Shown: positions 11,118 to 21,922 of the stretch, piece after piece
Layout: each line of letters opens with the position of its first letter
Position numbering within the stretch: position 1 is the first letter of the stretch
Origin: Anaeromyxobacter sp.
GTDB taxonomy: Bacteria; Myxococcota; Myxococcia; Myxococcales; Anaeromyxobacteraceae
Reading direction: 5' to 3'
DNA length: 64,000 bases
NCBI GenBank assembly: GCA_049840735.1
Contig: JASGJN010000007.1
Span: 210,680 to 274,679, forward strand
The notes under the pieces: model-generated
Database searches by the model: none
Told to the model about the DNA's origin: nothing
Seen by the model: the letters and a program-made list of their open reading frames with translations, nothing else
Translations under genes and position numbers: made by a program

Positions 11118-12530
11118 ATGGCCCGGAAAGGAGGGGCCGCGACGCGCCCCGAGCCGACAAGTCCCGCCGCCCGGCCGTGGTCGGAGCGGCTGACCCCCCT
11201 CGACGCCATGTTCCTCGACCTCGAGGACGCGAGCGTCAACATGCACGTGGGCGGCCTGATGGTCCTCGAGGGCGAGCCGCCGCCGCTCGACGCCCTGCGG
11301 CTGCACCTCTGGGCGCGGCTCGACCGCGTCCCGCGCTACCGGCAGGTGCTGGCCACCGTCCCGCTCCACCTCGGGCGGCCGGCCTGGGTGGACGCGCCCG
11401 CCATCGACCTCGCCCACCACGTCCGGGCGCACACGCTGCCCGCGGAGGGCGAGGCGGCGCTGGCGGCGCGCGCGGGCGCGTTCCTGGCCGAGCCGCTCGA
11501 CCGGGCGCGGCCGCTCTGGGGGCTGGAGCTGGTCTCCGGGCTGGGCGGCGGGCGCTTCGCGCTGCTCTCGCGCACGCACCACTGCGTGCTGGACGGCGTC
11601 GCCGGCGTCGGGTTCCTGCAGGCGATCACCGACCCGTCCCCGGAGGCGGCCGCCTCCGCGCCCGCGCCCTGGCAGCCGCGCCCGGCGCCGGGCGCGGCGG
11701 CCCGGCTGGCCTCGGGGCTGGCCTGGACCGTCCAGCGCCCCATCCAGCTCTGCCGGCAGGCGCTCACGCCCGGCACCGACGGCCGCCGCATCGCGCAGGA
11801 CCTGTGGGCCGGCGTCCGCCCGCTGCTGGCGCTGGCGGTGGGCTGGCCGGCGCCGCGCACGGCGCTGGACGGGCGGGTGGGGCCGGGGCGCAGCTGGGCC
11901 GGCGCCGCGCTGCCGCTGCCGCGCTGCCAGGCGGTGCGGGCCGCCCGCGGCGGGACCCTCAACGACGTGCTGCTCGCGGTGGTGGCCGGCGCGCTGCGGG
12001 CCGTGCTCGGGCAGGGCGGCCCGCCGCCGGCGGAGCTGCGGGCCTTCGTGCCGGTGAGCGTGCGCCGGCCGGAGGCGCGCGCTGCGCCGGGGAACCAGGT
12101 GGCCCTGGTCTTCTGCCGCCTGCCGGTGGGCGAGCCGGACCCGGCCGCGCGGCTCTGCGCCATCGCCGCCGAGACGCGGCGGCTCAAGGAGACCCGGAGC
12201 GTGGCGGGGATCCTGGCCTTCGAGGACCTGGGGGAGCTGGCGCCGGCGCCGCTCGCGGCCCAGGCGGCCCGGGCGGCCGTGGCCATGCACCACTTCAACC
12301 TGGTGGTCTCCAACGTCCCCGGGCCGCGCGAGGTGCGCTGGCTCCTGGGGCGCAGGCTCCTGGCCTGCCACCCGGCCATCCCGCTGGCGCGCGGCCAGCG
12401 CCTCGCCGTCGGCGCCATGAGCTACGGCGGCGCGCTCGCCGTCGGCGTGCAGGGCGGTTCGGAGCAGGGCGCCCTGGTGCAGGCGCTGGCGGCGGCGCTC
12501 CTGCCGGCGCTGCAGGAGCTGGAGGCGTGA
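11118..12530 (+). CDS. Wax ester synthase/diacylglycerol acyltransferase (WS/DGAT)
   Basis: RLTPLDAMFL..MHVGG, HHCVLDG catalytic motif, PLDRARPLW, TLNDV, FNLVVSNVPGP. Confidence 0.9.
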   Translation: MARKGGAATRPEPTSPAARPWSERLTPLDAMFLDLEDASVNMHVGGLMVLEGEPPPLDALRLHLWARLDRVPRYRQVLATVPLHLGRPAWVDAPAIDLAHHVRAHTLPAEGEAALAARAGAFLAEPLDRARPLWGLELVSGLGGGRFALLSRTHHCVLDGVAGVGFLQAITDPSPEAAASAPAPWQPRPAPGAAARLASGLAWTVQRPIQLCRQALTPGTDGRRIAQDLWAGVRPLLALAVGWPAPRTALDGRVGPGRSWAGAALPLPRCQAVRAARGGTLNDVLLAVVAGALRAVLGQGGPPPAELRAFVPVSVRRPEARAAPGNQVALVFCRLPVGEPDPAARLCAIAAETRRLKETRSVAGILAFEDLGELAPAPLAAQAARAAVAMHHFNLVVSNVPGPREVRWLLGRRLLACHPAIPLARGQRLAVGAMSYGGALAVGVQGGSEQGALVQALAAALLPALQELEA

Positions 12531-13408
12531 CCGGCGCGCGCCGCTACGTCGACCTGGGCGGCCCGGTCCACTACGCCGACCACGGCGGCGCCGGCCGGCC
12601 CATCGTGCTGGTCCACGGCCTGGGGGGCTCGCTCGACAACTGGGCGGCGGTGGCCCCGGCGCTGCGGGCGCACGGCCGCGTCCTGGCGCTCGATCTGGCC
12701 GGGCACGGCCGGACGCCCTCGCACGGGCGGACGGCGCGGATGGGCGCCAACCGGCGGCTCCTGTCGCGCTTCCTGCGCGAGGTGGCCGGGGCTCCCGCCG
12801 TGCTGGTGGGCAACTCCATGGGCGGCACCCTGTCCCTGGTCGAGGCGGCGGCGGAGCCGGAGCGCGTGGCCGGGCTGGTGCTGGTGAACGCGGCGCTGCC
12901 GCTGGCAGGCCTGGCCCGCGTGGACCGGACGGTGGCCCTGCTCTTCACCGCCTTCGCGCTCCCGGCGGTGGGCGAGGCGCTGCTGCGGCTGCGCGCCCTG
13001 CGCGGGCCGGAGCGGTCGGTGCACGACCTGCTCCGCCTGTGCGGGATCGAGCCGCACGGCCTCCCGCGCGAGGTGCTGGACGCGCACGTGGCGCTCGCGG
13101 CCGAGCGCGCGGCGCTGGGGAGGCGCGCCCACCGCGACTTCCTCGCCGCGCAGCGCTCGCTCATGAACCGGCTGCTGCGGCGGGGCCGGTTCTTCCGCAT
13201 GGTGGCCACCGTCCGCGCTCCGGTGCTGGTGCTGCAGGGCGAGCGCGACCGGCTGGTGAGCGTGGCCGCGGCGCGGGCGCTGGCCGCGGCGCGTCCGGAC
13301 TGGCCGCTGCGGATCCTGCCCGGGCTCGGGCACGCGCCGCAGCTGGAGGCGCCGGAGCAGTTCCTGCGCGCGGTCGAGCCGTGGCTGGAGCGCTCCGGCG
13401 CCGGGTGA
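12527..13408 (+). CDS. Alpha/beta fold hydrolase
   Basis: VLVHGLGG, DLAGHG, GNSMGG nucleophile, GERDRLV, GHAPQLE. GTGA overlap with WS/DGAT. Confidence 0.9.
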   Translation: MTGARRYVDLGGPVHYADHGGAGRPIVLVHGLGGSLDNWAAVAPALRAHGRVLALDLAGHGRTPSHGRTARMGANRRLLSRFLREVAGAPAVLVGNSMGGTLSLVEAAAEPERVAGLVLVNAALPLAGLARVDRTVALLFTAFALPAVGEALLRLRALRGPERSVHDLLRLCGIEPHGLPREVLDAHVALAAERAALGRRAHRDFLAAQRSLMNRLLRRGRFFRMVATVRAPVLVLQGERDRLVSVAAARALAAARPDWPLRILPGLGHAPQLEAPEQFLRAVEPWLERSGAG

Positions 13409-13427
13409 GCGGCGGCCCAGGGCGTCC

Positions 13428-13823
13428 TCAGCCCTGGTGCGTGTGCGTGACGGCCTCGACGTGCTGGCCGTCGGGGTCGATCACGAAGGCGCCGTAGTAG
13501 CCGGGGTGGTACTCGGGGCGCAGGCCCGGCGCGCCGTCGTCCTTCCCTCCGGCCGCCAGGGCCTCGCGGTGGAAGGCCTGCACGGCGGCGGCGTCGCGGG
13601 CGGAGAAGGCGACGTGGATGCCCTTCGGCGCCTGGTGGTGCGGATCCTCCCGGGCCAGCCAGAGCGACGGCTTCTCGCCCGGCCCGATCCCGCACATCTT
13701 CCCCAGCTCCGGGATCTCGAACTCCATCACCACGGCGTAGCCGAGCGGCGCCAGCGCCCGGACGTAGAACGACTTGCTCCGCTCGTAGTCGCGGACCCGC
13801 AGCGTCAGGTGGTCGATCATCAT
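13428..13823 (-). CDS. VOC/glyoxalase family protein
   Basis: IDHLTLRV, HVAF, GGKDDGAPGLRPEYHPGYYGAFVIDPDG. Confidence 0.9.
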   Translation of the reverse strand: MMIDHLTLRVRDYERSKSFYVRALAPLGYAVVMEFEIPELGKMCGIGPGEKPSLWLAREDPHHQAPKGIHVAFSARDAAAVQAFHREALAAGGKDDGAPGLRPEYHPGYYGAFVIDPDGQHVEAVTHTHQG

Positions 13824-13886
13824 GGGGACGTACGCTGACAGGGCGGCCAGCGCGCGGCAATCGGTCCGGTGGGGTGAGGCGAAGGC

Positions 13887-14990
13887 TCAGGGTTTGACGC
13901 CGGACACGGCGCGCCCGTGCGCCGCCCGCCAGGCCTCGACCGGCTGGGCCGCGGCACGCCACCAGGGCTCCGGCAGCCCGGCCGCGGCCGGCTCCACCGC
14001 CTGCCCGAGGCGCGGCAGCAGCAGGCGCGCGCCGCTCCGGGCCGCCCCCGCCAGCAGCGACTCGACCGGCTCGTCCCAGGCGTGCAGGGCCAGGTTGAAG
14101 GTGCCCCAGTGGATGGGCAGCAGCGGCGGGCCGCCCAGCCGCGCCTGCGCCTCCAGCGCCCGCTCCGGCCCGAGGTGGATGGCGCCCCAGGCCGGGTGGT
14201 GGGCGCCCACCTCCAGCATGGCGAGGTCGAACGGGCCGAGCCGCGCGCCCACCTCGGCGTGCTCGGGGGTGGGGCCGGTGTCGCCGCCGAAGTAGACGCG
14301 GTGGCGGGCGGTGGCCACGGCGAACGAGCACCAGAGCGTGGCGTTCCGGTCGCGCAGCCCGCGGCCGGAGAAGTGCTGGGCCGGCGCGGCGGTCACGCGC
14401 AGCGCCCCGCCGTGCAGCGGCGCGTCCTCCCACCAGTCCAGCTCGAGGATCCGCGCCGGCGGCACGCCCCAGGCCTCGAGGTGGGCGCCCACGCCCAGGG
14501 CGGTGACGAAGGTCACCGGGCGGCGCGCCAGCGCCTGGATGGTGGGGAGATCGAGGTGGTCGTAGTGGTCGTGCGAGAGGAGCACCGCGTCCAGCGCCGG
14601 CAGGGCGTCGATGGAGACCGGCGCCGGCTGGAAGCGGCGCGGCCCGGCGAAGCGCCAGGGCGAGGCGCGCTCGCCCCAGACCGGATCGGTCAGCAGGCGG
14701 AAGCCGTCCAGCTCGAGGAGCAGCGTGGAGTGGCCCAGCCAGGTGACGCGCAGCCCGGAGCCGGGCGGCGTCAGCCAGGCCGGGCGCGGGTCGTCGCCGG
14801 GGAGGGGCGCGGGCGGGCTGCGCTGTGCGTCGCCGAAGACGAACTCGCCCAGGACGGGGAGCGCCTGCCCGGCAGGCAGCGCGGCCCCCACCGGCGCGGT
14901 GTTGTGGAACACGCCGTCGCGGAAGCGCGGCGAGGCGCGCATCCGCTCCAGCCGGGCGCCCTGGGCCCGTGCGCCAAAGGGAGAAGGCAT
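13887..14990 (-). CDS. MBL-fold metallo-hydrolase (RomA/NAPE-PLD-like)
   Basis: TWLGHST, LTDPVW, SHDHYDHLD, PAQHFSGR, YFGGDTG, PIHWGTF. Confidence 0.9.
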   Translation of the reverse strand: MPSPFGARAQGARLERMRASPRFRDGVFHNTAPVGAALPAGQALPVLGEFVFGDAQRSPPAPLPGDDPRPAWLTPPGSGLRVTWLGHSTLLLELDGFRLLTDPVWGERASPWRFAGPRRFQPAPVSIDALPALDAVLLSHDHYDHLDLPTIQALARRPVTFVTALGVGAHLEAWGVPPARILELDWWEDAPLHGGALRVTAAPAQHFSGRGLRDRNATLWCSFAVATARHRVYFGGDTGPTPEHAEVGARLGPFDLAMLEVGAHHPAWGAIHLGPERALEAQARLGGPPLLPIHWGTFNLALHAWDEPVESLLAGAARSGARLLLPRLGQAVEPAAAGLPEPWWRAAAQPVEAWRAAHGRAVSGVKP

Positions 14991-15144
14991 GGCGGGGGAG
15001 ATTAAGACCCGGACGGCGGGTTGCAATGGCCTCCGGGACGGCGAGGCGTCGCAGGGGCGCCCACGGCCGCGGGCCAATCCCTCCTGAGGCGTGGGGTACG
15101 ACGCGTGGAGCCATCGCGCCCCGGCCGGCGTACGCTCTCCCACC

Positions 15145-15889
15145 ATGGCCCTCCAGCATGCGCTCGTCACCGGTGCCTCCAGCGGCCTCGGCCGCGGGCT
15201 GGCCGTCCTGCTCGCCCGCCGCGGCGTCCGCGTCTACGCCGCCGCCCGGCGCACCGACCGGCTCGACGCGCTGCGCGACGAGGCCGGCGAGGGGATCGTG
15301 CCGTTCCCGCTCGACGTGGCCGACGCCGCCGCCACGCACGCCCAGGTGGCGGCGCTGGACGCCTCCTGCGGCGGGCTGGACCTGGTGGTGGCCAACGCCG
15401 GCGTGGGCGAGCAGACCTACGGCAAGCGGATCCAGTGGGACCTGGTGAAGCGGACGCTGGACGTGAACGTCTCCGGCGCCGCCGCCACGCTGGTGGCGGC
15501 CATCCCGGGGATGGTGGCGCGCCGGCGCGGGCAGCTGGTGGGCATCTCGTCGCTGGCGGCCTACGCCGCGCTGCCGCGGCTGTCCGCCTACTGCGCCTCG
15601 AAGGTCTTCCTGGCCACGTTCCTGGCCAGCCTGCGCCAGGACCTGGCGCCGCTGGGGGTGAAGGTGACGACCATCTTCCCCGGCTACGTGAAGACCGAGC
15701 TCACCGCCCGCAACAAGTACCCCATGCCGTTCCTGATGGAGCCGGAGCAGGCGGTGGAGCGGATTTGGCGCGCCATCGAGCGGGCCGAGGCGGAGGTGGC
15801 CTTCCCCTGGCCGCTCGCCGCCGCGATGCGGGCGCTGGGCGCCCTCCCGCGACCGCTGGCGGAGCTGGCGCTGCGCAGGATGGGGGTAG
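15145..15889 (+). CDS. SDR family NAD(P)-dependent oxidoreductase (stop probably lost to a G-homopolymer indel)
   Basis: TGASSGLG, NAG, YCASK, PGYVKT. ATGGGGGTAG near 15880 would read ATG GGG TAG with one fewer G. As sequenced, the ORF overlaps the convergent LysR gene by ~490 bp. Confidence 0.85.
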
Positions 15890-15898
15890 CGGCGCGGC

Positions 15899-16837
15899 TC
15901 AGCGCGCGGCCCGGCGGAGCTGGGCGCGGGCGATGTCGACGAAGGCCGCCGCGGCCTGCGGGAGCGCCCCGGCGGCCGGCGTCACCAGGCCCACGCTGCG
16001 CGGCTCGAGCCCCTGCAGCGGCACCGCCGCCAGCACGCCGGCGGTCACCTCGCGGGCCACCGCCAGCGCCGGCACCACCGACACCCCCAGCCCCAGCTCC
16101 ACCAGCCGCTTCAGCACCTCCACGCTGCTCATCTCCATGGCGACGGTGGGCGCCACGCCGGCCCGGGCCAGGGCCGCGTCCAGCTGCGCGCGGGCGGCGG
16201 TGCTCCGGTCGAGCAGCAGCAGCGGGTGGGCGGCCAGCGCCTCCAGCGGCGCCCGCCGGCGCCGCGCCAGCGGGTGGCCGGGCGGGCAGATGGCCACCTC
16301 GTCCTGCGCGGCCAGCGGCTCCACCCGCACGCGCTCGAGGATGGGCCGCCCGCCCACCCGCAGGTCGGCCGGGAGCGGCAGCGTGATCACGCCCACGTCC
16401 ACCGTCCGCTCCACCACCTGCTCGGCGGTGGCGGGGGAGGGGCGGTTCACCAGCCGGAGATCGACGCCCGGGTAGCGGCCCCGGAACGCCGCCAGCACCG
16501 GCGGCAGGACGTAGTAGGCCAGCGTGTCGCTGGTGCCCACGGTGAGCAGCCCCTCGCGCAGCTCCCCCAGCGCCTGCAGGCTGGCCCGCGCGCCGGCCAT
16601 CTCGTCCAGCACCCGCTGCGCCCGGGCCAGCAGCACCCGCCCGGCCTCGGTCAGCTCGGTGGTCCGCCCGCGGCGCAGGAAGAGCCTGGCCCCCACGTCC
16701 GCCTCCAGCCGGGCGATGGCCTGGCTGACCGCCGACTGCGTCCGCCCCAGCCGCTGGGCGGCGCGGGAGAAGCCGCGCTCGCGCGCCACCGCCACGAAGG
16801 CGAGGAGCTGATCGCTGGCCAGCGGCGGAGGCATCAT
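15899..16837 (-). CDS. LysR family transcriptional regulator
   Basis: FSRAAQRLGRTQSAVSQAIARLE HTH, LTEAG, LysR substrate-binding domain. Confidence 0.93.
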   Translation of the reverse strand: MMPPPLASDQLLAFVAVARERGFSRAAQRLGRTQSAVSQAIARLEADVGARLFLRRGRTTELTEAGRVLLARAQRVLDEMAGARASLQALGELREGLLTVGTSDTLAYYVLPPVLAAFRGRYPGVDLRLVNRPSPATAEQVVERTVDVGVITLPLPADLRVGGRPILERVRVEPLAAQDEVAICPPGHPLARRRRAPLEALAAHPLLLLDRSTAARAQLDAALARAGVAPTVAMEMSSVEVLKRLVELGLGVSVVPALAVAREVTAGVLAAVPLQGLEPRSVGLVTPAAGALPQAAAAFVDIARAQLRRAAR

Positions 16838-16985
16838 CGAAGCTAATATCTCGCATCAAGAGGATTCGTTGGCGTGATTTCTTCGGAGGGGCCATAAGAG
16901 ACGGGCCTCAGGCCGCAGGCTTCAGGCCTCAGGGGGAAAAGGGCCCCCGAGGCCGGGCGGGTGGCCGTGACCTCCAGGAGCCCCC

Positions 16986-19900
16986 ATGCCCACGCTCGAG
17001 CTGCCCGGCGCACCGGCCTTCACCCCCGCCCGCCTGGCGCGGCGCCTCCAGCGCGTGCAGGCCGGCAACCCCGGCGTCACCGCCGTCACCGCCGAGTTCG
17101 TCCACTTCGTGGACGCCGCCGCGGCGCTGGACGAGGGGGCGGCGCGGGTGCTGGCGCGGCTGCTGCGCTACGGGCCGCGCAGCGAGCCCCGCACGCTCCA
17201 GGGGCGGCGGCTGTGGGTGGTGCCGCGGCTGGGGACGCTCTCGCCCTGGTCCACCAAGGCCACCGACATCGCGCACATCTGCGGGCTCGGCCAGGTCCGC
17301 CGCATCGAGCGCGGCATCGCCTGGACCGTGGCCGGCGAGGTGCGCGACGAGGGCGCCCTCCGGGCGGCGCTGCACGACCGGATGACCGAGTCGGTGCTGG
17401 AGTCCCCTGCGCAGGCGGCCGGGCTCTTCGCGCGCGAGGCGCCGCGGCCGCTCCGCACCGTGGACCTGCTGGGCGAGGGGGCGCCGGCGCTGGAGCGGGC
17501 CAACCGCGAGCTGGGGCTGGCGCTCTCGCCGGACGAGATCGCCTACCTGGTGGAGAGCTTCACGGCGCTGCGGCGCAACCCCAGCGACGTCGAGCTGATG
17601 ATGTTCGCGCAGGCCAACAGCGAGCACTGCCGCCACAAGGTCTTCAACGCGGAGTTCACGCTGGACGGCGAGCGGCAGCCCCGCTCGCTCTTCCAGATGA
17701 TCCGCCGCTCCACCGAGGCCAGCCCGCAGGGCGTGCTCTCGGCCTACAAGGACAACGCCGCGGTGATCGAGGGGCACGAGGCGGGCCGCTTCTTCCCCGA
17801 CCCGGCCACCGGCGCGTACGGCTACCACCCGGAGCCGGTCCACATCCTCATGAAGGTGGAGACCCACAACCACCCCACGGCCATCTCGCCCTTCCCCGGC
17901 GCCGCCACCGGCTCGGGCGGCGAGATCCGCGACGAGGGGGCCACCGGGCGCGGCGCCAAGCCCAAGGCCGGCCTGACCGGCTTCACCGTCGGGAACCTGC
18001 GCCTGCCAGGCGCCGAGCGCCCCTGGGAGCGGGACCACGGCAAGCCGGGGCGCATCGTCTCCGCGCTGGAGATCATGACCGACGGCCCGCTGGGCGGCGC
18101 CGCCTTCAACAACGAGTTCGGGCGGCCCAACCTGGCCGGCTACTTCCGCACCTTCGAGCTGGAGGTGGACGGCCCCGCCGGCCGGGAGGTCCGCGGGTAC
18201 CACAAGCCCATCATGATCGCCGGCGGCTACGGCAACATCCGGGCCGGGCACGTGAAGAAGGACCAGTTCGCGCCCGGCGCCGCCATCGTGGTGCTGGGCG
18301 GCCCGGCCATGCTGATCGGGCTGGGCGGCGGCGCGGCCTCGTCCATGTCCTCCGGCGCCTCGCACGAGGACCTCGACTTCGCCTCGGTGCAGCGCGAGAA
18401 CGCCGAGATGCAACGGCGCTGCCAGGAGGTGATCGACCGCTGCTGGCAGCTGGGCGACCAGAACCCCATCGTCTCCGTCCACGACGTGGGCGCGGGCGGC
18501 CTCTCCAACGCGCTGCCGGAGCTGGTCCACGACAGCGAGCGGGGCGCCCGCTTCCAGCTGCGCCGCATCCCCAGCGACGAGCCGGGGCTGTCGCCGCTCG
18601 AGCTCTGGTGCAACGAGGCGCAGGAGCGGTACGTGCTGGGCATCGCCCCCGAGCACCTGGCCCGCTTCGAGGCGCTCTGCGCCCGCGAGCGCTGCCCCTA
18701 CGCCGTGGTGGGCACCGCCACCGCCGAGGGGCAGCTGGTGCTGGAGGACGAGCTGCTGGGCGGCAAGCCCATCGACATGCCGCTCTCGGTGCTGCTGGGC
18801 AAGCCGCCGCGGATGCGCCGCGAGGCCGCCCGGGTGGCGCCGCCCGCCGCCCCGTTTCCTCTGGAGGGCGTGGCGCTGCGCGAGGCGCTGCACCGGGTGC
18901 TGCGGCTGCCGGCGGTGGCGGACAAGACCTTCCTCATCACCATCGGCGACCGGACCGTGACCGGCCTGGTGGCCCGCGACCAGATGGCGGGGCCGTGGCA
19001 GGTGCCGGTGGCGGACGCGGCCGTGACCGCGGCCAGCTTCGACACCGTGGCCGGCGAGGGCATGGCCATGGGCGAGCGCACGCCGGTGGCGCTGCTCGAC
19101 GCGGCGGCCTCGGCGCGGCTGGCGGTGGCCGAGGCCCTCACCAACCTGGCCTCGGCGCCGGTGCGGGCCCTGGGTGACGTGAAGCTCTCGGCCAACTGGA
19201 TGGCCGCCGCCGGCCACCCGGGCGAGGACGCCCGGCTCTACGAGGCGGTGCGGGCGGTGGGCGAGGAGCTCTGCCCGGCGCTGGGGATCGCCATCCCGGT
19301 GGGCAAGGACTCGATGTCGATGAAGACGGTCTGGGAGGAGGGCGGGCAGCAGCGGGCCGTGACCGCGCCGCTCTCGCTCGTCATCACCGCCTTCGCCCCG
19401 GTCACCGACGTGCGCCGGGCGCTCACCCCGCAGCTGCGGACCGACCTGGGCGAGGCCGCGCTCCTGCTGGTGGACCTGGGGCGCGGCCAGCACCGGCTGG
19501 GCGGCTCCGGCCTGGCCCAGGTGTACGGGCAGCTGGGCACCACCCCGCCCGACCTCGACGACCCGGCCTTGCTGCGCGGCTTCTTCGCGGCGGTGCAGCG
19601 GCTCAACGCCGAAGGGCGCCTCCTGGCCTACCACGATCGCTCCGACGGCGGCCTGGCCGTCACGCTGCTGGAGATGGCCTTCGCCGGCGGCGCCGGGCTG
19701 GAGCTGGACCTCTCGGCGCTGGCCGGCGACCCGCGGGCGGCGCTCTTCGCCGAGGAGCTGGGCGCGGTGGTCCAGGTCCGGGCGGCGGACGTCGAGGCGG
19801 TGCGGGCCGCCTTCGCGGCCGAGGGGCTGGGCGCGCACGTCCACGCGCTTGGGCGGGCGGTGGCCGGCGACCGGATCCGGATCCGCCGCGGCGCCGAGCT

Positions 19901-20873
19901 CCTGCTGGACGAGGCGCGGGCCGAGCTGCGCGGGATCTGGTCGGAGACCACGCACCGGCTGCAGGCGCTCCGCGACGACCCCGCCTGCGCCGACGAGGAG
20001 CAGGCCGGCCGCTGCGACGCCGGCGACCCCGGGCTGCACGCCCACCTCACCTTCGACCTCGACCAGGACGTGGCCGCGCCCTTCGTGGCGCGCGGCGCGC
20101 GCCCGCGGGTGGCCATCCTGCGCGAGCAGGGGGTGAACGGGCAGGTGGAGATGGCGGCCGCCTTCGACCGCGCCGGCTTCGAGGCGGTGGACGTCCACAT
20201 GAGCGACCTGCTCTCCGGGCGGACCACGCTGGACGGCTTCCGCGGCCTGGCGGCCTGCGGCGGCTTCTCCTACGGCGACGTGCTGGGCGCCGGCGAGGGC
20301 TGGGCCAAGTCCATCCTCTTCAACGCCCGCGCCCGCGGCGAGCTGGAGCGCTTCTTCGGGCGGGGCGACACCTTCGGCCTGGGCGTCTGCAACGGCTGCC
20401 AGATGCTCTCCAACCTGCACGAGCTGGTGCCGGGCGCCGGCGACTGGCCGCGCTTCGTCCGCAACCGCTCCGAGCAGTTCGAGGCGCGCCTGGCCATGGT
20501 GGAGGTGCTGGAGAGCCCGTCGATCCTGCTGCGCGGGATGGCCGGCTCCCGGCTGCCCATCGCGGTGGCCCACGGCGAGGGGCGGGCCGAGTTCAGCGGG
20601 CCGGCGCACCGGGGCGCGCTGGAGGCGAAGGGGCTGGTGGCCGCGCGCTACGTCGACCACCACGGCCGCCCCGCCGAGCGCTACCCGGAGAACCCCAACG
20701 GCTCGCCGGGCGGCATCACCGCCGTGACCACGCCCGACGGCCGGGTGACCATCCTCATGCCGCATCCGGAGCGCGTCTTCCGGGCGGTGCAGTTCTCCTG
20801 GCGCCCCGACGGCTGGAGGGAAGACGGGCCCTGGCTGCGCCTCTTCCGCAACGCGCGGGTCTGGGTGGGGTAG
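16986..20873 (+). CDS. purL: Phosphoribosylformylglycinamidine synthase (large single-chain type)
   Basis: [40 protein letters not shown]; 1295 aa; AGGAG RBS. Confidence 0.98.
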   Translation: MPTLELPGAPAFTPARLARRLQRVQAGNPGVTAVTAEFVHFVDAAAALDEGAARVLARLLRYGPRSEPRTLQGRRLWVVPRLGTLSPWSTKATDIAHICGLGQVRRIERGIAWTVAGEVRDEGALRAALHDRMTESVLESPAQAAGLFAREAPRPLRTVDLLGEGAPALERANRELGLALSPDEIAYLVESFTALRRNPSDVELMMFAQANSEHCRHKVFNAEFTLDGERQPRSLFQMIRRSTEASPQGVLSAYKDNAAVIEGHEAGRFFPDPATGAYGYHPEPVHILMKVETHNHPTAISPFPGAATGSGGEIRDEGATGRGAKPKAGLTGFTVGNLRLPGAERPWERDHGKPGRIVSALEIMTDGPLGGAAFNNEFGRPNLAGYFRTFELEVDGPAGREVRGYHKPIMIAGGYGNIRAGHVKKDQFAPGAAIVVLGGPAMLIGLGGGAASSMSSGASHEDLDFASVQRENAEMQRRCQEVIDRCWQLGDQNPIVSVHDVGAGGLSNALPELVHDSERGARFQLRRIPSDEPGLSPLELWCNEAQERYVLGIAPEHLARFEALCARERCPYAVVGTATAEGQLVLEDELLGGKPIDMPLSVLLGKPPRMRREAARVAPPAAPFPLEGVALREALHRVLRLPAVADKTFLITIGDRTVTGLVARDQMAGPWQVPVADAAVTAASFDTVAGEGMAMGERTPVALLDAAASARLAVAEALTNLASAPVRALGDVKLSANWMAAAGHPGEDARLYEAVRAVGEELCPALGIAIPVGKDSMSMKTVWEEGGQQRAVTAPLSLVITAFAPVTDVRRALTPQLRTDLGEAALLLVDLGRGQHRLGGSGLAQVYGQLGTTPPDLDDPALLRGFFAAVQRLNAEGRLLAYHDRSDGGLAVTLLEMAFAGGAGLELDLSALAGDPRAALFAEELGAVVQVRAADVEAVRAAFAAEGLGAHVHALGRAVAGDRIRIRRGAELLLDEARAELRGIWSETTHRLQALRDDPACADEEQAGRCDAGDPGLHAHLTFDLDQDVAAPFVARGARPRVAILREQGVNGQVEMAAAFDRAGFEAVDVHMSDLLSGRTTLDGFRGLAACGGFSYGDVLGAGEGWAKSILFNARARGELERFFGRGDTFGLGVCNGCQMLSNLHELVPGAGDWPRFVRNRSEQFEARLAMVEVLESPSILLRGMAGSRLPIAVAHGEGRAEFSGPAHRGALEAKGLVAARYVDHHGRPAERYPENPNGSPGGITAVTTPDGRVTILMPHPERVFRAVQFSWRPDGWREDGPWLRLFRNARVWVG

Positions 20874-20884
20874 GCTCGGGGGCC

Positions 20885-21766
20885 ATGGGCACCTCGCTGG
20901 TGTTCCGGACCTCGCCGCCCACCTGGCGCGCCTACGCGGCCGCGCTGCTCTCGCGCCGCCCGGCGCTGGTGCCGGCCGGGCAGACCGTGCCGCGGCTGGA
21001 GGCGCGGCTCGACGGGGCGGTGGCCGGCGCCGTGCCGCTGGCGGAGTTCCGCCGGCTGTGCGGCTGCGCCGACGACGGCGCGCTGCCCATCACCTTCCCG
21101 CACCTGCTGGCCAACCCGCTCCACCTGGCCATGCTGGCCTCGCCCGGCTTCCCGGTGCGGCTGCTGGGCGTGGTCCACGTGCAGCACCGCATCGAGCGGC
21201 GGGCGGCGCTCCCGGCCGCCGCGCCGCTGGACCTGCGCTGCTGGCTGGAGGGGCACCGCGAGACCGCGCGCGGCCAGGTGTTCGAGCTGGAGACCGAGGC
21301 GCTGCTGGCGGGCGAGGTGGCCTGGCGCGAGACCACGACCTTCCTGGCGCGCCGCCCGGCGCCGGCGGGGCAAGGCCCGCGCGGCGCCGCGGCCGAGCCG
21401 CTCTTCCCGGCGCGCGCCCGGTCCGAGGTGATCGCCGCGCCGGCCGACCTGGGGCGGCGCTACGCGGCCGTCTCCGGCGATCACAACCCCATCCACCTCT
21501 GGCCGCTCACGGCGCGGCTGTTCGGGTTCCGCCGCCCCATCGCCCACGGGCTCTGGTCCCTGGCCCGCATCGCCGCCAGCCTGGAGGACGCGCGCGGCGC
21601 CCCGGCCACCGCGCTGGAGGCCAGCTTCAAGCTGCCGGTGCTCCTCCCGGCGGAGGTGCAGCTCCGCGCCTGGGACGAGGGCGAGCGGACCGCGTTCGTG
21701 CTGGCGGACGGGGCCGGGGTCCGGCCGCACGTGACCGGACAGCTCACGTTCGCGCCGCTGCGCTGA
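20885..21766 (+). CDS. MaoC-like double hot-dog dehydratase
   Basis: YAAVSGDHNPIH...PIAHGLW hydratase-2 motif and FKLPVLLP. Confidence 0.88.
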   Translation: MGTSLVFRTSPPTWRAYAAALLSRRPALVPAGQTVPRLEARLDGAVAGAVPLAEFRRLCGCADDGALPITFPHLLANPLHLAMLASPGFPVRLLGVVHVQHRIERRAALPAAAPLDLRCWLEGHRETARGQVFELETEALLAGEVAWRETTTFLARRPAPAGQGPRGAAAEPLFPARARSEVIAAPADLGRRYAAVSGDHNPIHLWPLTARLFGFRRPIAHGLWSLARIAASLEDARGAPATALEASFKLPVLLPAEVQLRAWDEGERTAFVLADGAGVRPHVTGQLTFAPLR

Positions 21767-21922
21767 CCGCGAGGCGGCCTGCGCGCCGTCCCGTCGTCGC
21801 GGTGGGTCGGGTGCGCCCCTGCGCGCTCGCCGCGGACGGTGCGTCCGTGTGCGCCGCAGCCCCTTGTGCTGCAAGCGGCAGGCGTGTGAGGGTCCGCGCC
21901 CTCTCGAAGGGGGAAGCACACG

